The notes below the pieces were generated by a model, which did not search any database, was not told the origin of the DNA, and worked only from the letters and a program-made list of their open reading frames with translations. Position numbers and translations under genes: made by a program. A stretch of 64,000 nt of DNA from Candidatus Poribacteria bacterium (GTDB taxonomy: Bacteria > Poribacteria > WGA-4E > PCPOR2b), in the NCBI GenBank assembly GCA_965205075.1, contig OZ242036.1:1897318-1961317 (forward strand), in the 5' to 3' direction. Below are positions 19,981-29,645 of the stretch, in pieces (within the stretch, counting starts at the first letter, position 1; each line of letters starts with the position of its first letter).

Positions 19981-20787
19981 ATGCACAACTTTAGTAATGA
20001 ACAAATTGAGCGATATAGCCGGCATATCATCCTCAAAGAGGTCGGAGGGATGGGACAAACCAAGCTGCTTGAGTCGAAGGTGCTTCTTATCGGGGCAGGC
20101 GGGCTTGGGTCACCTGCTGGACTGTATCTCGCCGCAGCCGGTGTTGGAACGCTCGGAATCGTGGACGACGACGTTGTGGATGTGAGTAACCTCCAACGAC
20201 AGGTTCTTCACGGGACGAGCGATGTGGGAAAATTGAAAACCGAGTCCGCAAAAGAGACGATTGCGGACATCAATCCCGATGTTAAAGTCATCACGCATAA
20301 CGAGAAAATTGTTTCAGCGAATGCGTTTGAAATACTTGAGGGTTATGACCTGATTGTTGATGGGTGTGATAATTTACCGACCCGCTATCTACTGAATGAC
20401 GCGAGTGTGATGCTTGGCAAACCGATCGTGCACGGCAGCATCTTCCAGTTTGAAGGACAGGTAACTGTCTTTCATCCCGGCAGGGGACCGTGCTATCGTT
20501 GTCTCTATCCATCGCCCCCGCCACCTGATATGGTGCCGAGTTGCCAAGAAGCAGGTGTGATTGGTGTGTTGCCGGGCATTGTAGGGAATGTGCAGGCTGT
20601 CGAAGCGATCAAAGTTCTGCTTGATATTGGCAAGCCATTGATCGGTCAACTTCTTTTGTTCAACGCTTTATCAATGGAGTTTAAGAAACTCACGCTCCGC
20701 CAAGATCCTGAATGTCCCGCTTGTGGTAAGAACCCAACGATTCACGAACTGATTGACTATGAGGAGTTTTGCCAAGTGCGTTGGTAA
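19981..20787 (+). CDS. moeB: Molybdopterin-synthase adenylyltransferase / ThiF-MoeB family E1-like enzyme (no rhodanese domain)
   Basis: YSRHIILKEVGGMGQTKL...VLLIGAGGLGSP...VDDDVVDVSNLQRQ plus two CxxC pairs (CYRC...CPAC). Confidence 0.85.
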   Translation: MHNFSNEQIERYSRHIILKEVGGMGQTKLLESKVLLIGAGGLGSPAGLYLAAAGVGTLGIVDDDVVDVSNLQRQVLHGTSDVGKLKTESAKETIADINPDVKVITHNEKIVSANAFEILEGYDLIVDGCDNLPTRYLLNDASVMLGKPIVHGSIFQFEGQVTVFHPGRGPCYRCLYPSPPPPDMVPSCQEAGVIGVLPGIVGNVQAVEAIKVLLDIGKPLIGQLLLFNALSMEFKKLTLRQDPECPACGKNPTIHELIDYEEFCQVRW

Positions 20788-20809
20788 TCTATCAAGCCCA
20801 CGTAATATC

Positions 20810-20850
20810 AAGCCCCAAGACACAAGTGTGTGGAATCTTGGGGCTTTTTT
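20810..20850 (+). terminator. Rho-independent terminator after moeB
   Basis: 11-bp stem AAGCCCCAAGA...TCTTGGGGCTT followed by TTTTTAAG. Confidence 0.65.
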
Positions 20851-21112
20851 AAGTAACATCCGATTCTTGGTGGAACCCATCAGCAATCCATTTTTGTAGC
20901 AACTGAACAGAACTTATGCCTTTTTCCAAAGCTAATTTTCGCACATCGCGTAAAAGATCCTCGTTCAACGGCATAACGATTAGGTGTTTTCGGGGAACAA
21001 AGCTGACGGTAACTTCATCATCTTCCATGTCTTCCCAATAATCTGCTGAATCGTGTGTTGACCAGAACTCTTGGATTTCTTCTTCGCTGCTGAGTTTTGG
21101 TATCCTTGCCAT
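20849..21112 (-). CDS. brnA: CopG/BrnA-type antitoxin (DUF3680/CopG_antitoxin-like)
   Basis: SSEEEIQEFWSTHDSADYWEDM...HLIVMPLNEDLLRDVRKLALEKGISSVQLLQKWIADG matches the 'EFWxTHDSxDY' CopG-antitoxin family. ATG at 21112. Confidence 0.7.
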   Translation of the reverse strand: MARIPKLSSEEEIQEFWSTHDSADYWEDMEDDEVTVSFVPRKHLIVMPLNEDLLRDVRKLALEKGISSVQLLQKWIADGFHQESDVT

Positions 21113-21117
21113 ACATC

Positions 21118-21380
21118 TCACCTCCGTAAATAAAGCCGTCGCTCGCGCGAGCTCATACCCCGTGCACTAATTACGCGGATTATGCCACCGCCCAAATCGA
21201 GATAGACCACAAATAGATAGCGTCCCGCTTCCGTTTGACCGTATATATATCGGGTGCCCTCCCTACCGCGTCTAAAGTAAGGGTCAGTATAGAAAACCTT
21301 GCTTCTTCAGGAACTACATTGTGTCGTTGCCAAAGATGTTCTTCGTTCCGTTCATCCCATTAAAATCTTTCGATGTGTAT
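21118..21380 (-). pseudogene. brnT: Frameshifted remnant of a BrnT (DUF497) toxin gene
   Basis: Minus-strand translations give ...IYTVKRKRDAIYLW... in one frame and IRVISARGMSSRERRLYLRR* in another. Together they match the BrnT C-terminus (VVYTxRG..IRIISARKAxxxERxxY). The stop lies 5 nt before the brnA ATG. No intact ORF exists. Confidence 0.55.
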
Positions 21381-21665
21381 CATTATCTTCGTCCCTAAAC
21401 CTATTTTCGTTTAGAGAATTATATGTCATCATCTACTGTCGTGTCAAGACCTATAAAAAGACAGCATAGAGATTGGAATCTTCACTAAAAGCATTTTGTA
21501 GAGCAAAATGTTTGTGCTTGACAGCACCTATGATGGGTGCTATACTAAAGCCTATTCTAAAAAAACAGGTTGCACCCGCAATAAAGCCTATCAAATCGTG
21601 AGGTTGTGAAGATTTGAGCCTTGAAGATAAGTCAATATAAAAACTGTGAAAGGAGCTATTGAAGC

Positions 21666-22706
21666 ATGTTGAAAAAAAGAGTGGTCTTATTGGGATTAAT
21701 TCTATTAGCGACTGTGTTGGTAACAATCGTACCGCATGCCAACGGACAATGGAACATTTTGCAACAGATGGACATGGAGGATGTTCGGGACTATAATGGG
21801 GTTGCTTTTATCAGCCCTGACGAAGGATGGGTCGTTGGTATTTCAGCTTTGGATATGGACAGTCCGGGATATATTGGGCACACCCGAGATGGCGGCAAAA
21901 CGTGGCAGAAAGTGGAAGAGCCCATCAATCAGATGCTCAACGACATTTTCTTCTTCGATAAAAAACATGGATGGGCAGTGGGCCAAGAGGGCATGATTGT
22001 TGGAACAACGAACGGCGGCAAACGCTGGGATGTCCAGACGAGCAAGGTTGGCAACTGGCTTAAAGGTGTCTATTTCGTTAGCCCCAAAGTCGGTTTTGCA
22101 GTTGGCATGAATGAGACGATTGTTCAAACCGGTAACGGCGGAAAACAGTGGAGTATACTTCGTGGTGGTGAGGTTGCCGCTGCTGTGGGCGACGAAGAAA
22201 CGGTTGTGTATAATGCAGTCCAATTTATTGATGAATCCACCGGCTGGGTGACAGGGGTTAGAATTAGTCCTGAAACTGGCGGACAAGATGGCTTAGTTCA
22301 GAAAACTACCGATGGTGGAAAAACATGGGTGGATCAACCCACAAATATTCCGGATATTCTTGAGGACATTTGCTTTGTGGATGCCAATAACGGTTGGGCG
22401 GTTGGAGAGAACGGTATCGTCCTACACACTACAAATGGTGGTAATACTTGGGATATCCAAACCAGTGGGACAGAGGAAAAGCTATTGAGCGTTAGCTTTG
22501 CTGATAGTGCTGTCGGCTGGGCAGCCGGTGGAGGGCTAGGTGTCAGTATTATCATTCATACCACTGACGGCGGAGCAACATGGGCAACGCAAACTGTTGA
22601 TGATCCGATCATCAGTAAGGTGCCTGCAAACGGTATTTTTGTGTTGGATGCAAACAACGTTTGGGTTACCGGTAATAATGGTTTCGTTGTGTCATCTTCA
22701 AAGTAG
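21666..22706 (+). CDS. Secreted BNR/Asp-box repeat beta-propeller protein (Ycf48/sortilin-like)
   Basis: Signal peptide. Six S/TxDGGxTW Asp-box repeats (TRDGGKTW, TTNGGKRW, TGNGGKQW, TTDGGKTW, TTNGGNTW, TTDGGATW). Confidence 0.75.
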   Translation: MLKKRVVLLGLILLATVLVTIVPHANGQWNILQQMDMEDVRDYNGVAFISPDEGWVVGISALDMDSPGYIGHTRDGGKTWQKVEEPINQMLNDIFFFDKKHGWAVGQEGMIVGTTNGGKRWDVQTSKVGNWLKGVYFVSPKVGFAVGMNETIVQTGNGGKQWSILRGGEVAAAVGDEETVVYNAVQFIDESTGWVTGVRISPETGGQDGLVQKTTDGGKTWVDQPTNIPDILEDICFVDANNGWAVGENGIVLHTTNGGNTWDIQTSGTEEKLLSVSFADSAVGWAAGGGLGVSIIIHTTDGGATWATQTVDDPIISKVPANGIFVLDANNVWVTGNNGFVVSSSK

Positions 22707-22768
22707 AGCCTATCTATTTGAACACAATCCTAAGTTAGGAGAATCTATTTTTTAAATTGAGGTGATAG

Positions 22769-23935
22769 ATGATTTTTGCAGATCGAATGGACCGTTTGGG
22801 AACGGAATCTGCTTTCGAGGTACTTGCCAAAGCCAAAGGATTAGAAGCTCAGGGAAAAGACATTGTTCATCTCGAAATTGGTCAACCCGATTTCATAACC
22901 CCTGCGAATATTAGTGAGGCGGCGTTCAAGGCGATGAAGGATGGTCATACCGGGTATGGGCCGTCCGCAGGTTTGCTGGAGTTTCGTGAAGTTATTGCTG
23001 AACACATCTCAGAAACACGGGGTGTAGAGATCCATCCTGATGAAGTTACTGTTACGCCCGGTGCCAAGCCTATCATCTTCTTCACCATCTTGGCACTCAT
23101 CAATGAGGGAGATGAAGTTATCTACCCTAACCCCGGATTTCCGATCTATGAGTCCGTGATTGACTTCATTGATGCGAAAGCTGTACCCTTACCGTTGCGT
23201 GAGGAGGTTGGTTTTCGCTTCCGGATTGAGGATCTTGAGGCTTCTATCTCGGATCGGACGAAGCTGTTGATTATCAACTCGCCCCAAAACCCGACGGGCG
23301 GCACGTTGGCGAAAAGTGACTTGGAAGCAATCGCGGAGCTAGCAGTTAAGCACAATTTCTATGTGCTGACAGATGAAGTCTACTCACGAATTCTTTATGA
23401 GGGTATCCATGATAGTCTCATCAGTCTACCGGGCATGAAGGAACGTACGATTCTCCTTGAAGGACACTCGAAAACATACGCCATGACCGGCTGGCGGTTG
23501 GGCTATGGAGTTGCTCCTACCGAGCTAGCGGATAAGATCACCCAGCTAACCATAAACTCCAATTCGTGCACTGCGACTTTCACACAATTTGCAGGGATTG
23601 AAGCACTGAAGGGACCACAAGATTTTGTCCACGATATGGTTACCGAGTTCAGAAAACGGCGTGACGCAATCGTTGACGGTCTCAATGCAATTGAGGGTAT
23701 AAGTTGTATCAAACCCCTTGGTGCATTCTACGTATTCCCAAATGTCTCACAACTTCCACTTTCCTGCCAAGATCTATCGGACTATCTGCTTGAAGACGCA
23801 GGTGTTGCGGTCCTGCCCGGCACCGCCTTTGGTAAATATGGCGATGGCTACTTGAGACTGTCGTATGCAAATTCACTGGAGAATATTCAGGAAGCCTTAG
23901 CCCGGATGGATTCGGCAATTTCAAGGATTCGGTAG
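22769..23935 (+). CDS. Class I/II pyridoxal-phosphate aminotransferase (aspartate-aminotransferase-like)
   Basis: Typical AAT-fold sequence (…IINSPQNPTGG…SKTYAMTGWRLGY…). Confidence 0.8.
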   Translation: MIFADRMDRLGTESAFEVLAKAKGLEAQGKDIVHLEIGQPDFITPANISEAAFKAMKDGHTGYGPSAGLLEFREVIAEHISETRGVEIHPDEVTVTPGAKPIIFFTILALINEGDEVIYPNPGFPIYESVIDFIDAKAVPLPLREEVGFRFRIEDLEASISDRTKLLIINSPQNPTGGTLAKSDLEAIAELAVKHNFYVLTDEVYSRILYEGIHDSLISLPGMKERTILLEGHSKTYAMTGWRLGYGVAPTELADKITQLTINSNSCTATFTQFAGIEALKGPQDFVHDMVTEFRKRRDAIVDGLNAIEGISCIKPLGAFYVFPNVSQLPLSCQDLSDYLLEDAGVAVLPGTAFGKYGDGYLRLSYANSLENIQEALARMDSAISRIR

Positions 23936-23963
23936 TTGCGTTTAATTTTAGCAGGTAGACTCG

Positions 23964-24878
23964 ATGCCCAACAAAGCGATCGCTCGTGTTCCAGCGAGCA
24001 CCACAAACTTAGGTCCGGGTTTTGATGTCCTTGGGCTTGCCCTACAACTCTATAGCACGATTTCGCTTGAAGAGATTGATAAGGGATCGGAGATTGAGGT
24101 CACCGGCGTCGATGTCGATAAACTCTCCAACGACGAGAGCAATATGGCTTACCGAGCCGCAAATCTGGTTTTCGACAAGTGTGGGTATAAGCCGAAAGGG
24201 CTGCGATTGGTCTTAACTAATGGCATACCGGCAATTCGGGGATTGGGTGGCAGCGGAACAGCAATACTCGGTGGACTGTTGACAGCAAATGCCTTATGTG
24301 ATGCCCCTTTTTCCCGTATGGAATTGCTTGATTTTGCCACTGAGTTTGAGGGGCACCCGGATAACGTTGCTGCCTCGCTCCTAGGCGGTTTGGTTGTATC
24401 TATGATGCAGGGCAGTCACGTACATTCAATCCAATTGGATTGCGATGCAGATCTGCGGGTTGTTGTAGCAATCCCTGATTTCTCGTTGTTAACCAAAGCA
24501 GCCCGCGGTGTTCTGCCCGAAACAGTCGATTTTGCTGATGCCATCCACAACGTGAGTTGTTCTTCAATGCTAGTGGCGGCAATTGCAACAGGTAAATTAG
24601 AGATGTTATCACTCGCCATGGCGGATCGGCTCCATCAACCGTACCGAACCTCCCTCATCCCCGGATTTGACGCTGTAGCTGAATCTGCGATGCGTGCAGG
24701 CGCATTGAGCGTGGCGTTGAGCGGCGCAGGTCCCAGCATTGCAGCCTACTGCACGACATCAACTGATGAAGTCGGCTCTCAGATGAGCCAAGCCTTTAGA
24801 CGAAATCAGATTTCTTGCGACATCAAGGTCCTACCCATCGATTCCACAGGTGCTACGGTGCAGCTGAGCGGAAGCTAA
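23964..24878 (+). CDS. thrB: Homoserine kinase (GHMP kinase)
   Basis: TTNLGPGFDVLGLAL...NGIPAIRGLGGSGTAILGGLL GHMP motifs. About 304 aa. Confidence 0.8.
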   Translation: MPNKAIARVPASTTNLGPGFDVLGLALQLYSTISLEEIDKGSEIEVTGVDVDKLSNDESNMAYRAANLVFDKCGYKPKGLRLVLTNGIPAIRGLGGSGTAILGGLLTANALCDAPFSRMELLDFATEFEGHPDNVAASLLGGLVVSMMQGSHVHSIQLDCDADLRVVVAIPDFSLLTKAARGVLPETVDFADAIHNVSCSSMLVAAIATGKLEMLSLAMADRLHQPYRTSLIPGFDAVAESAMRAGALSVALSGAGPSIAAYCTTSTDEVGSQMSQAFRRNQISCDIKVLPIDSTGATVQLSGS

Positions 24879-24999
24879 GCACCTGAAATCTGCTTTCTAT
24901 ATCCCTAACGACTCCGCCGATTTTCCCCTTCCACTCTCTATTTTTCTGTTTCGTTCACTATTTACTATGCGTTGTAAAATGTAAGGGAGCGAACAAACG

Positions 25000-26295
25000 A
25001 TGAACACAGACACCGCAAAAATTTATGCGAGGGGCGGTCTAGGCGGAAACGGCTGCATTAGTTTTCGTCGTGAAAAGTTTGTGCCGCGGGGTGGTCCCAA
25101 TGGCGGTGACGGTGGGCACGGCGGCAGTGTCATTTTGGAAGTTGCCGAGGGGATAAGCACACTCATCGATTTCCAATATAACCCCCATCAGGTTGCGGAG
25201 AACGGTCAACACGGTATGGGGAAATTGCGGCACGGGGCAGACGCCGGAGATCGCGTCGTCAAAGTCCCGCCGGGTACGATTGTACGGGAACCAGAGACAG
25301 GTGAGATTATTGTCGACCTGAAAACGGTGGGGCAGCGTGCAGTCATCGCACGCGGCGGGATTGGCGGGAAAGGAAATGTGCGGTTCAAGAGCAGCACATT
25401 CCAAACCCCGCGCGTCGCTGAGAAGGGAGAGCCGGGGGAGGAACGTACTGTCACGCTAGAAGTCAAGTTGATTGCAGACGTTGGCTTGGTCGGTTATCCA
25501 AACGGAGGCAAATCGACACTACTCGCACGCACCTCTGCCGCAAAACCGAAGATTGCGGATTATCCCTTTACAACACTGACCCCCAATCTAGGTGTCGTCC
25601 GAGTTGACCCTGAACACAACTTTGTGCTCGCAGATATTCCCGGTCTCATTGAGGGTGCACACGAAGGTGCAGGATTGGGGCATGACTTTTTACGGCATAT
25701 TGAACGCACGAAGATGCTTCTTCACATCATCGACACCGCCTCTGTTGATGGACGAGATCCAATCACCGATTACGAACAGATCAACACGGAACTTGAACGG
25801 TATAACCCTCGTTTAATTCGCTTGCCACAGTTAATTGTCCTTAATAAAATTGACCTTCCTGATGCACAGACTAATTTGCAGCGAGTCAAAGACTACTTTG
25901 GGAAACGTCGGGTTTTTCCAATTTCTGCGGTCGCCGGTGAGGGGGTAGACCGGCTCATCAGAGCGACCTACCAACTTCTGCAACGGATCAATGAACGGAT
26001 TCGTGAACGCCAAGAAACGGTGGAATCTCAACCAACCTTTCACATTCCCAAACCTGATGAACGATTTGAACTGATCGCACGGGCAAATCGTTTCATCGTG
26101 CGTGGCGCAGAACCACGTCGTGCTGTTCTCATGACCGATATGGAAAATGATCAGGCACTGGTGCTCCTCCATCGAAAACTAAAAAAAATGGGCGTCCTGA
26201 ACGCGCTCATCAAAGCAGGTATTACGGAAGGCGATACCGTCCAAGTTGATACCTTCGAGTTTACATATAGCACTGATGAAATCAACACAAATTGA
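25000..26295 (+). CDS. obg: GTPase Obg/CgtA
   Basis: Gly-rich Obg fold (GGLGGNGCISFRREKFVPRGGPNGGDGGHGG), a G-domain (GYPNGGKSTLL, DIPGLIEGA, LNKID) and a C-terminal OCT-like domain. Confidence 0.9.
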   Translation: MNTDTAKIYARGGLGGNGCISFRREKFVPRGGPNGGDGGHGGSVILEVAEGISTLIDFQYNPHQVAENGQHGMGKLRHGADAGDRVVKVPPGTIVREPETGEIIVDLKTVGQRAVIARGGIGGKGNVRFKSSTFQTPRVAEKGEPGEERTVTLEVKLIADVGLVGYPNGGKSTLLARTSAAKPKIADYPFTTLTPNLGVVRVDPEHNFVLADIPGLIEGAHEGAGLGHDFLRHIERTKMLLHIIDTASVDGRDPITDYEQINTELERYNPRLIRLPQLIVLNKIDLPDAQTNLQRVKDYFGKRRVFPISAVAGEGVDRLIRATYQLLQRINERIRERQETVESQPTFHIPKPDERFELIARANRFIVRGAEPRRAVLMTDMENDQALVLLHRKLKKMGVLNALIKAGITEGDTVQVDTFEFTYSTDEINTN

Positions 26296-27424
26296 CCCCC
26301 GTCAACTGTTAGCGCGTTCTAGACGCGTCGTCGTGAAGGTTGGCAGCACAACCGTCTCGAAGAATTTCGATCTTAATCCCGAGCGTTTGGATGCACTGGT
26401 GCAGGATCTCGCATCGGTAAAGCAAAAGGGTAAAGAAATTATTCTTGTTACTTCTGGTGCGATCGCTGCGGGTACAGGCAGATTGGGACTCACACAACGT
26501 CCGCAAACACTTCCCGGATTACAGGCGGCAGCGTCAGTAGGACAAACCCGTTTGATGCACGCTTACGAACAGCGGTTTTCGGAATATACTCAGATTACGG
26601 GGACGATGCTTCTGACGCAGGACGATTTCAATTTCCGCGAACGCTATACACATATGAGCAATACGTTACGCGCGCTGCTGCGGCTTGGGGTTCTGCCGAT
26701 CATTAACGAAAATGATACCGTTGCAGTAGAAGAAATCAAGGTAGGCGACAATGACACGCTAGCGGCGTATGTGACGAATCTCGCCGAGGCGGACCTGCTG
26801 ATTATCTTATCAGACCAAGACGGGTTTTATACCGCAGATCCTCGCAAAGATTCGGAGGCGAAATTGATTAGTCTCGTCTATGATGTTACTGATGAACTCA
26901 AACGGTCAGCGGGAAGGGCGGGCAGCCAGAGCGGCACCGGCGGCATGGCGACAAAACTACACGCTGCCGAAATTGTTACAGGATCAGGTGAAATGATGGT
27001 GCTCGCAAATGGTGCCGAGTCGCAAGTGGTGAGCCGCATACTAGCGGGTGAAAAGATCGGGACGTTATTCCTTCCACAGGAGCGGATGTCAGGACGAAAA
27101 CGGTGGATTGCCTATTCACGTCCACCAAAAGGCCGTCTGGTTGTAGACAGTGGCGCGTGTCGGGCGTTGGTCCATCAAGGTAGGAGTCTCCTACCGTCCG
27201 GGATTCAGCAAGTTGAGGGCAGCTTTAATCATGGGGATACCGTCTCCTGTCGAGACGAAGCGGGGATCGAACTTGCTAGAGGACTTGTTAATTATAATAC
27301 GCACGACCTGAAACGGATTATGGGCAAACAGACCAGCGAAATTGAAAAGCTACTCGGCTACTACTCTTATAACGAAGTGATTCACCGGGATAATTTGGTT
27401 GTCATGCACAGGATAGAAGCGTGA
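26276..27424 (+). CDS. proB: Glutamate 5-kinase with a PUA domain
   Basis: RRVVVKVGSTTVS...ILVTSGAIAAG...C-terminal PUA-like region. The start is uncertain. It overlaps the obg 3' end by about 20 nt. Confidence 0.8.
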   Translation: MKSTQIDPRQLLARSRRVVVKVGSTTVSKNFDLNPERLDALVQDLASVKQKGKEIILVTSGAIAAGTGRLGLTQRPQTLPGLQAAASVGQTRLMHAYEQRFSEYTQITGTMLLTQDDFNFRERYTHMSNTLRALLRLGVLPIINENDTVAVEEIKVGDNDTLAAYVTNLAEADLLIILSDQDGFYTADPRKDSEAKLISLVYDVTDELKRSAGRAGSQSGTGGMATKLHAAEIVTGSGEMMVLANGAESQVVSRILAGEKIGTLFLPQERMSGRKRWIAYSRPPKGRLVVDSGACRALVHQGRSLLPSGIQQVEGSFNHGDTVSCRDEAGIELARGLVNYNTHDLKRIMGKQTSEIEKLLGYYSYNEVIHRDNLVVMHRIEA

Positions 27425-27530
27425 GAAGTGTATCACACTCAAGCTAAAATATCCGACATTCAAACACGAATCAGCTGCCGAGACTGTCGCGGATTTCTTT
27501 GCCGTTTTCCCAAAGGTTCAAGCAGCCTCT

Positions 27531-27572
27531 AATAAAAAAACGGGCTTCACAGATTAAATCTCTGAAGCCCGT
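27531..27572 (-). terminator. Rho-independent terminator for the peroxiredoxin gene, shared with the proB 3' end
   Basis: Hairpin CGGGCTTCACAG..CTCTGAAGCCCG flanked by AAAAAAA on the plus strand, which gives a U-run on the minus-strand transcript. Confidence 0.6.
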
Positions 27573-27612
27573 CAATTACTTTAGTGTTTCAGATTGGATT
27601 CGGAATATCAAC

Positions 27613-28080
27613 CTAATTCAATTTATCAAGTTCACTCAACACCTGATTCACGGCGAGGGTGTTGTCCGGCGGTGCATCTTCGACATGCTTGAAAGCGATA
27701 TTGCCTTCCGAATCAATGATGATAACGCCGCGATTCGTGATGCCGACCTCTTCAAGTGCCATCCCAAATTGTTTCGATACCTCGAGATTCATGTCTGCTA
27801 GGAGCGGGAATTTAACGCCACCAAGATGCTCGCTCCACGCTTTATGTGCAAAAGCTGAATCACGGTTGATTGCGATGATGTCAGCATTTTTCGCACGAAT
27901 CTCATCAACTTTTTCATTAAAACCGGGAATCTGTTCGGAGCAAACCGGGGAGAAATCGAGTGGATAGAATATCACCACTAGATTCTTTCCTTTGAAGTTG
28001 TCCAGAGAGACTTCTGTATCCTCGGAACCGAGAGTGCCTGTAAGTGTAAAATCAGGTGCAGTGCTTCCTACATCTGCCAT
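27613..28080 (-). CDS. Peroxiredoxin (AhpC/TSA/Bcp family)
   Basis: FYPLDFSPVCSEQIPGF...thioredoxin fold. 155 aa. Confidence 0.8.
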   Translation of the reverse strand: MADVGSTAPDFTLTGTLGSEDTEVSLDNFKGKNLVVIFYPLDFSPVCSEQIPGFNEKVDEIRAKNADIIAINRDSAFAHKAWSEHLGGVKFPLLADMNLEVSKQFGMALEEVGITNRGVIIIDSEGNIAFKHVEDAPPDNTLAVNQVLSELDKLN

Positions 28081-28247
28081 ATAAATAAACCTCCTCCTAA
28101 AAATTGTGTTGTAATGCGATGGTTGATACAGTTATGTTTGCGGGGCAAAGTCTATCACAAATTTATGGAAGTGTCAAGTGCAGAGTCAGGTGATGACTAC
28201 TTGACACTTCCCCAAGGCATCGGCATGACAGACAGATTGCTTGCGGC

Positions 28248-28538
28248 TTATTTTTGACCTGCCCATCCCTTGTCTAGAAACCACCGCCTCCATCGCTCCC
28301 ACATCAGTTTGCGCTTGAGGACTTTTGGGTGGATTCGATGCACAAACAGTCGTTTCCCTTCCAACTCCAGCACAGGGATCAGTTCTTTATATTTTGTGAA
28401 CAGTCCCAAGTTCGCCGTGATGTCAATTTCTTCAATCTGGATTGCGATCTGCGCTGCGAGTGATTGAAGGGATTCCTTTGCTTCGTCGCAAAGCGGGCAA
28501 TCCGCTTTCGTGTAAAGCTGGAGTTTGATTCTATCCAT
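28248..28538 (-). CDS. Glutaredoxin-like thioredoxin-fold protein (CPLC active site)
   Basis: LYTKADCPLCDEAKESL. About 96 aa. Same strand as the peroxiredoxin gene and upstream of it. Confidence 0.65.
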   Translation of the reverse strand: MDRIKLQLYTKADCPLCDEAKESLQSLAAQIAIQIEEIDITANLGLFTKYKELIPVLELEGKRLFVHRIHPKVLKRKLMWERWRRWFLDKGWAGQK

Positions 28539-28670
28539 TCATTGGGTCTCTCAAGTTTTATGGCTGTACATTGAATTTATCGAGCGATGGTCAGAAAGGG
28601 TGAAATCATACGCATCTCTATTTTCGCAGAAGTATGTGTCAGCGTCAAACCCTTTTTACGTCATTCTGGC

Positions 28671-28699
28671 TTGACATGGGGGTTGCCATGAAGTATAAT
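28671..28699 (+). promoter_or_regulatory. Consensus sigma70-type promoter (TTGACA-17 nt-TATAAT) for the transcarbamylase/thrC operon
   Basis: TTGACA at 28671-28676, an exact 17-nt spacer, and TATAAT at 28694-28699. RBS GGGAGA sits 7 nt before the ATG at 28731. Confidence 0.6.
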
Positions 28700-28730
28700 C
28701 ATGCCTTTCAAACTTTTTGGGAGACCTATC

Positions 28731-29645
28731 ATGGATCTTGTTTCGCTAAAAAATTGGTCAACGGAAGATGTGATTGAGGTTGTTGCGGGCAGCATCGCAA
28801 TTAAAAACAACCCAGAACAGTATGCGAATGCTACGAGCCGGCGCAGTCTTGCCATGCTTTTCCAGAAGACCTCAACCCGAACCCGCTGTGCTGGGGAAGT
28901 CGGTATGACCCAACTGGGTGGTCATGCAGTTTTTCTGGATTGGCGCACCACTAATTTCGCGCTCGCAGACTTACGCGATGAAATTCGTGTGCTATCGGCT
29001 TATTCAGATGTAATTCTCGCACGTTTCCTTAAACATGCCGATGTAGTAAAGGCAGCCGAGAGTGCGACGGTGCCCCTCATCAATGGGTGCTGCGACCGTT
29101 ACCATCCGACGCAAGCACTCGGAGATTTAATGACTATACAGGAAAAATTGGGGCGTATTGACGGGGTCAAACTGACTTACGTCGGGGTACACAATAACGT
29201 ATGCAATTCGTTGATTATCGCCGGGCTAAAGACGGGTATGCAGGTAACTGTTGTTGCGCCGGAGATGAATCCCGCAGCTGTTGATGAGGAGCTTTACGAA
29301 GCAGCACGTAAAGCAGGCACCTATAGAGCATCAGATCAACTCCACGAAGCGATTGCAAACAGTGATGTTGTTTATACGGACACATGGGTCGATATGGAGT
29401 TTTTTACGGATCCAGCGTTTAAGGAGGAGAAGGAGCGCCGCATTAATACACTTTCTCCCTATCAGTTAAACACAGAGTTACTCGCAGGGCAGGATGTTCT
29501 GGTTATGCACTGTCTGCCCGCCCACCGTGGTTACGAGATTTCCGGTGAAATCGTTGAAGACTCGAGATCAATTATGTTTGATCAGTCGGAGAACCGGCTT
29601 CATAGTATGAAGGGGGCGATCCTGAAACTGTTGGGAGTATTATGA
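28731..29645 (+). CDS. OTCase-family carbamoyltransferase with a non-canonical second-substrate motif (DME instead of SMG)
   Basis: STRTR carbamoyl-phosphate motif, HPTQ motif and HCLPAHRG (OTC-like rather than ATC-like HPLP). The ornithine-binding DxxxSMG is TDTWVDME here. Confidence 0.75.
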   Translation: MDLVSLKNWSTEDVIEVVAGSIAIKNNPEQYANATSRRSLAMLFQKTSTRTRCAGEVGMTQLGGHAVFLDWRTTNFALADLRDEIRVLSAYSDVILARFLKHADVVKAAESATVPLINGCCDRYHPTQALGDLMTIQEKLGRIDGVKLTYVGVHNNVCNSLIIAGLKTGMQVTVVAPEMNPAAVDEELYEAARKAGTYRASDQLHEAIANSDVVYTDTWVDMEFFTDPAFKEEKERRINTLSPYQLNTELLAGQDVLVMHCLPAHRGYEISGEIVEDSRSIMFDQSENRLHSMKGAILKLLGVL

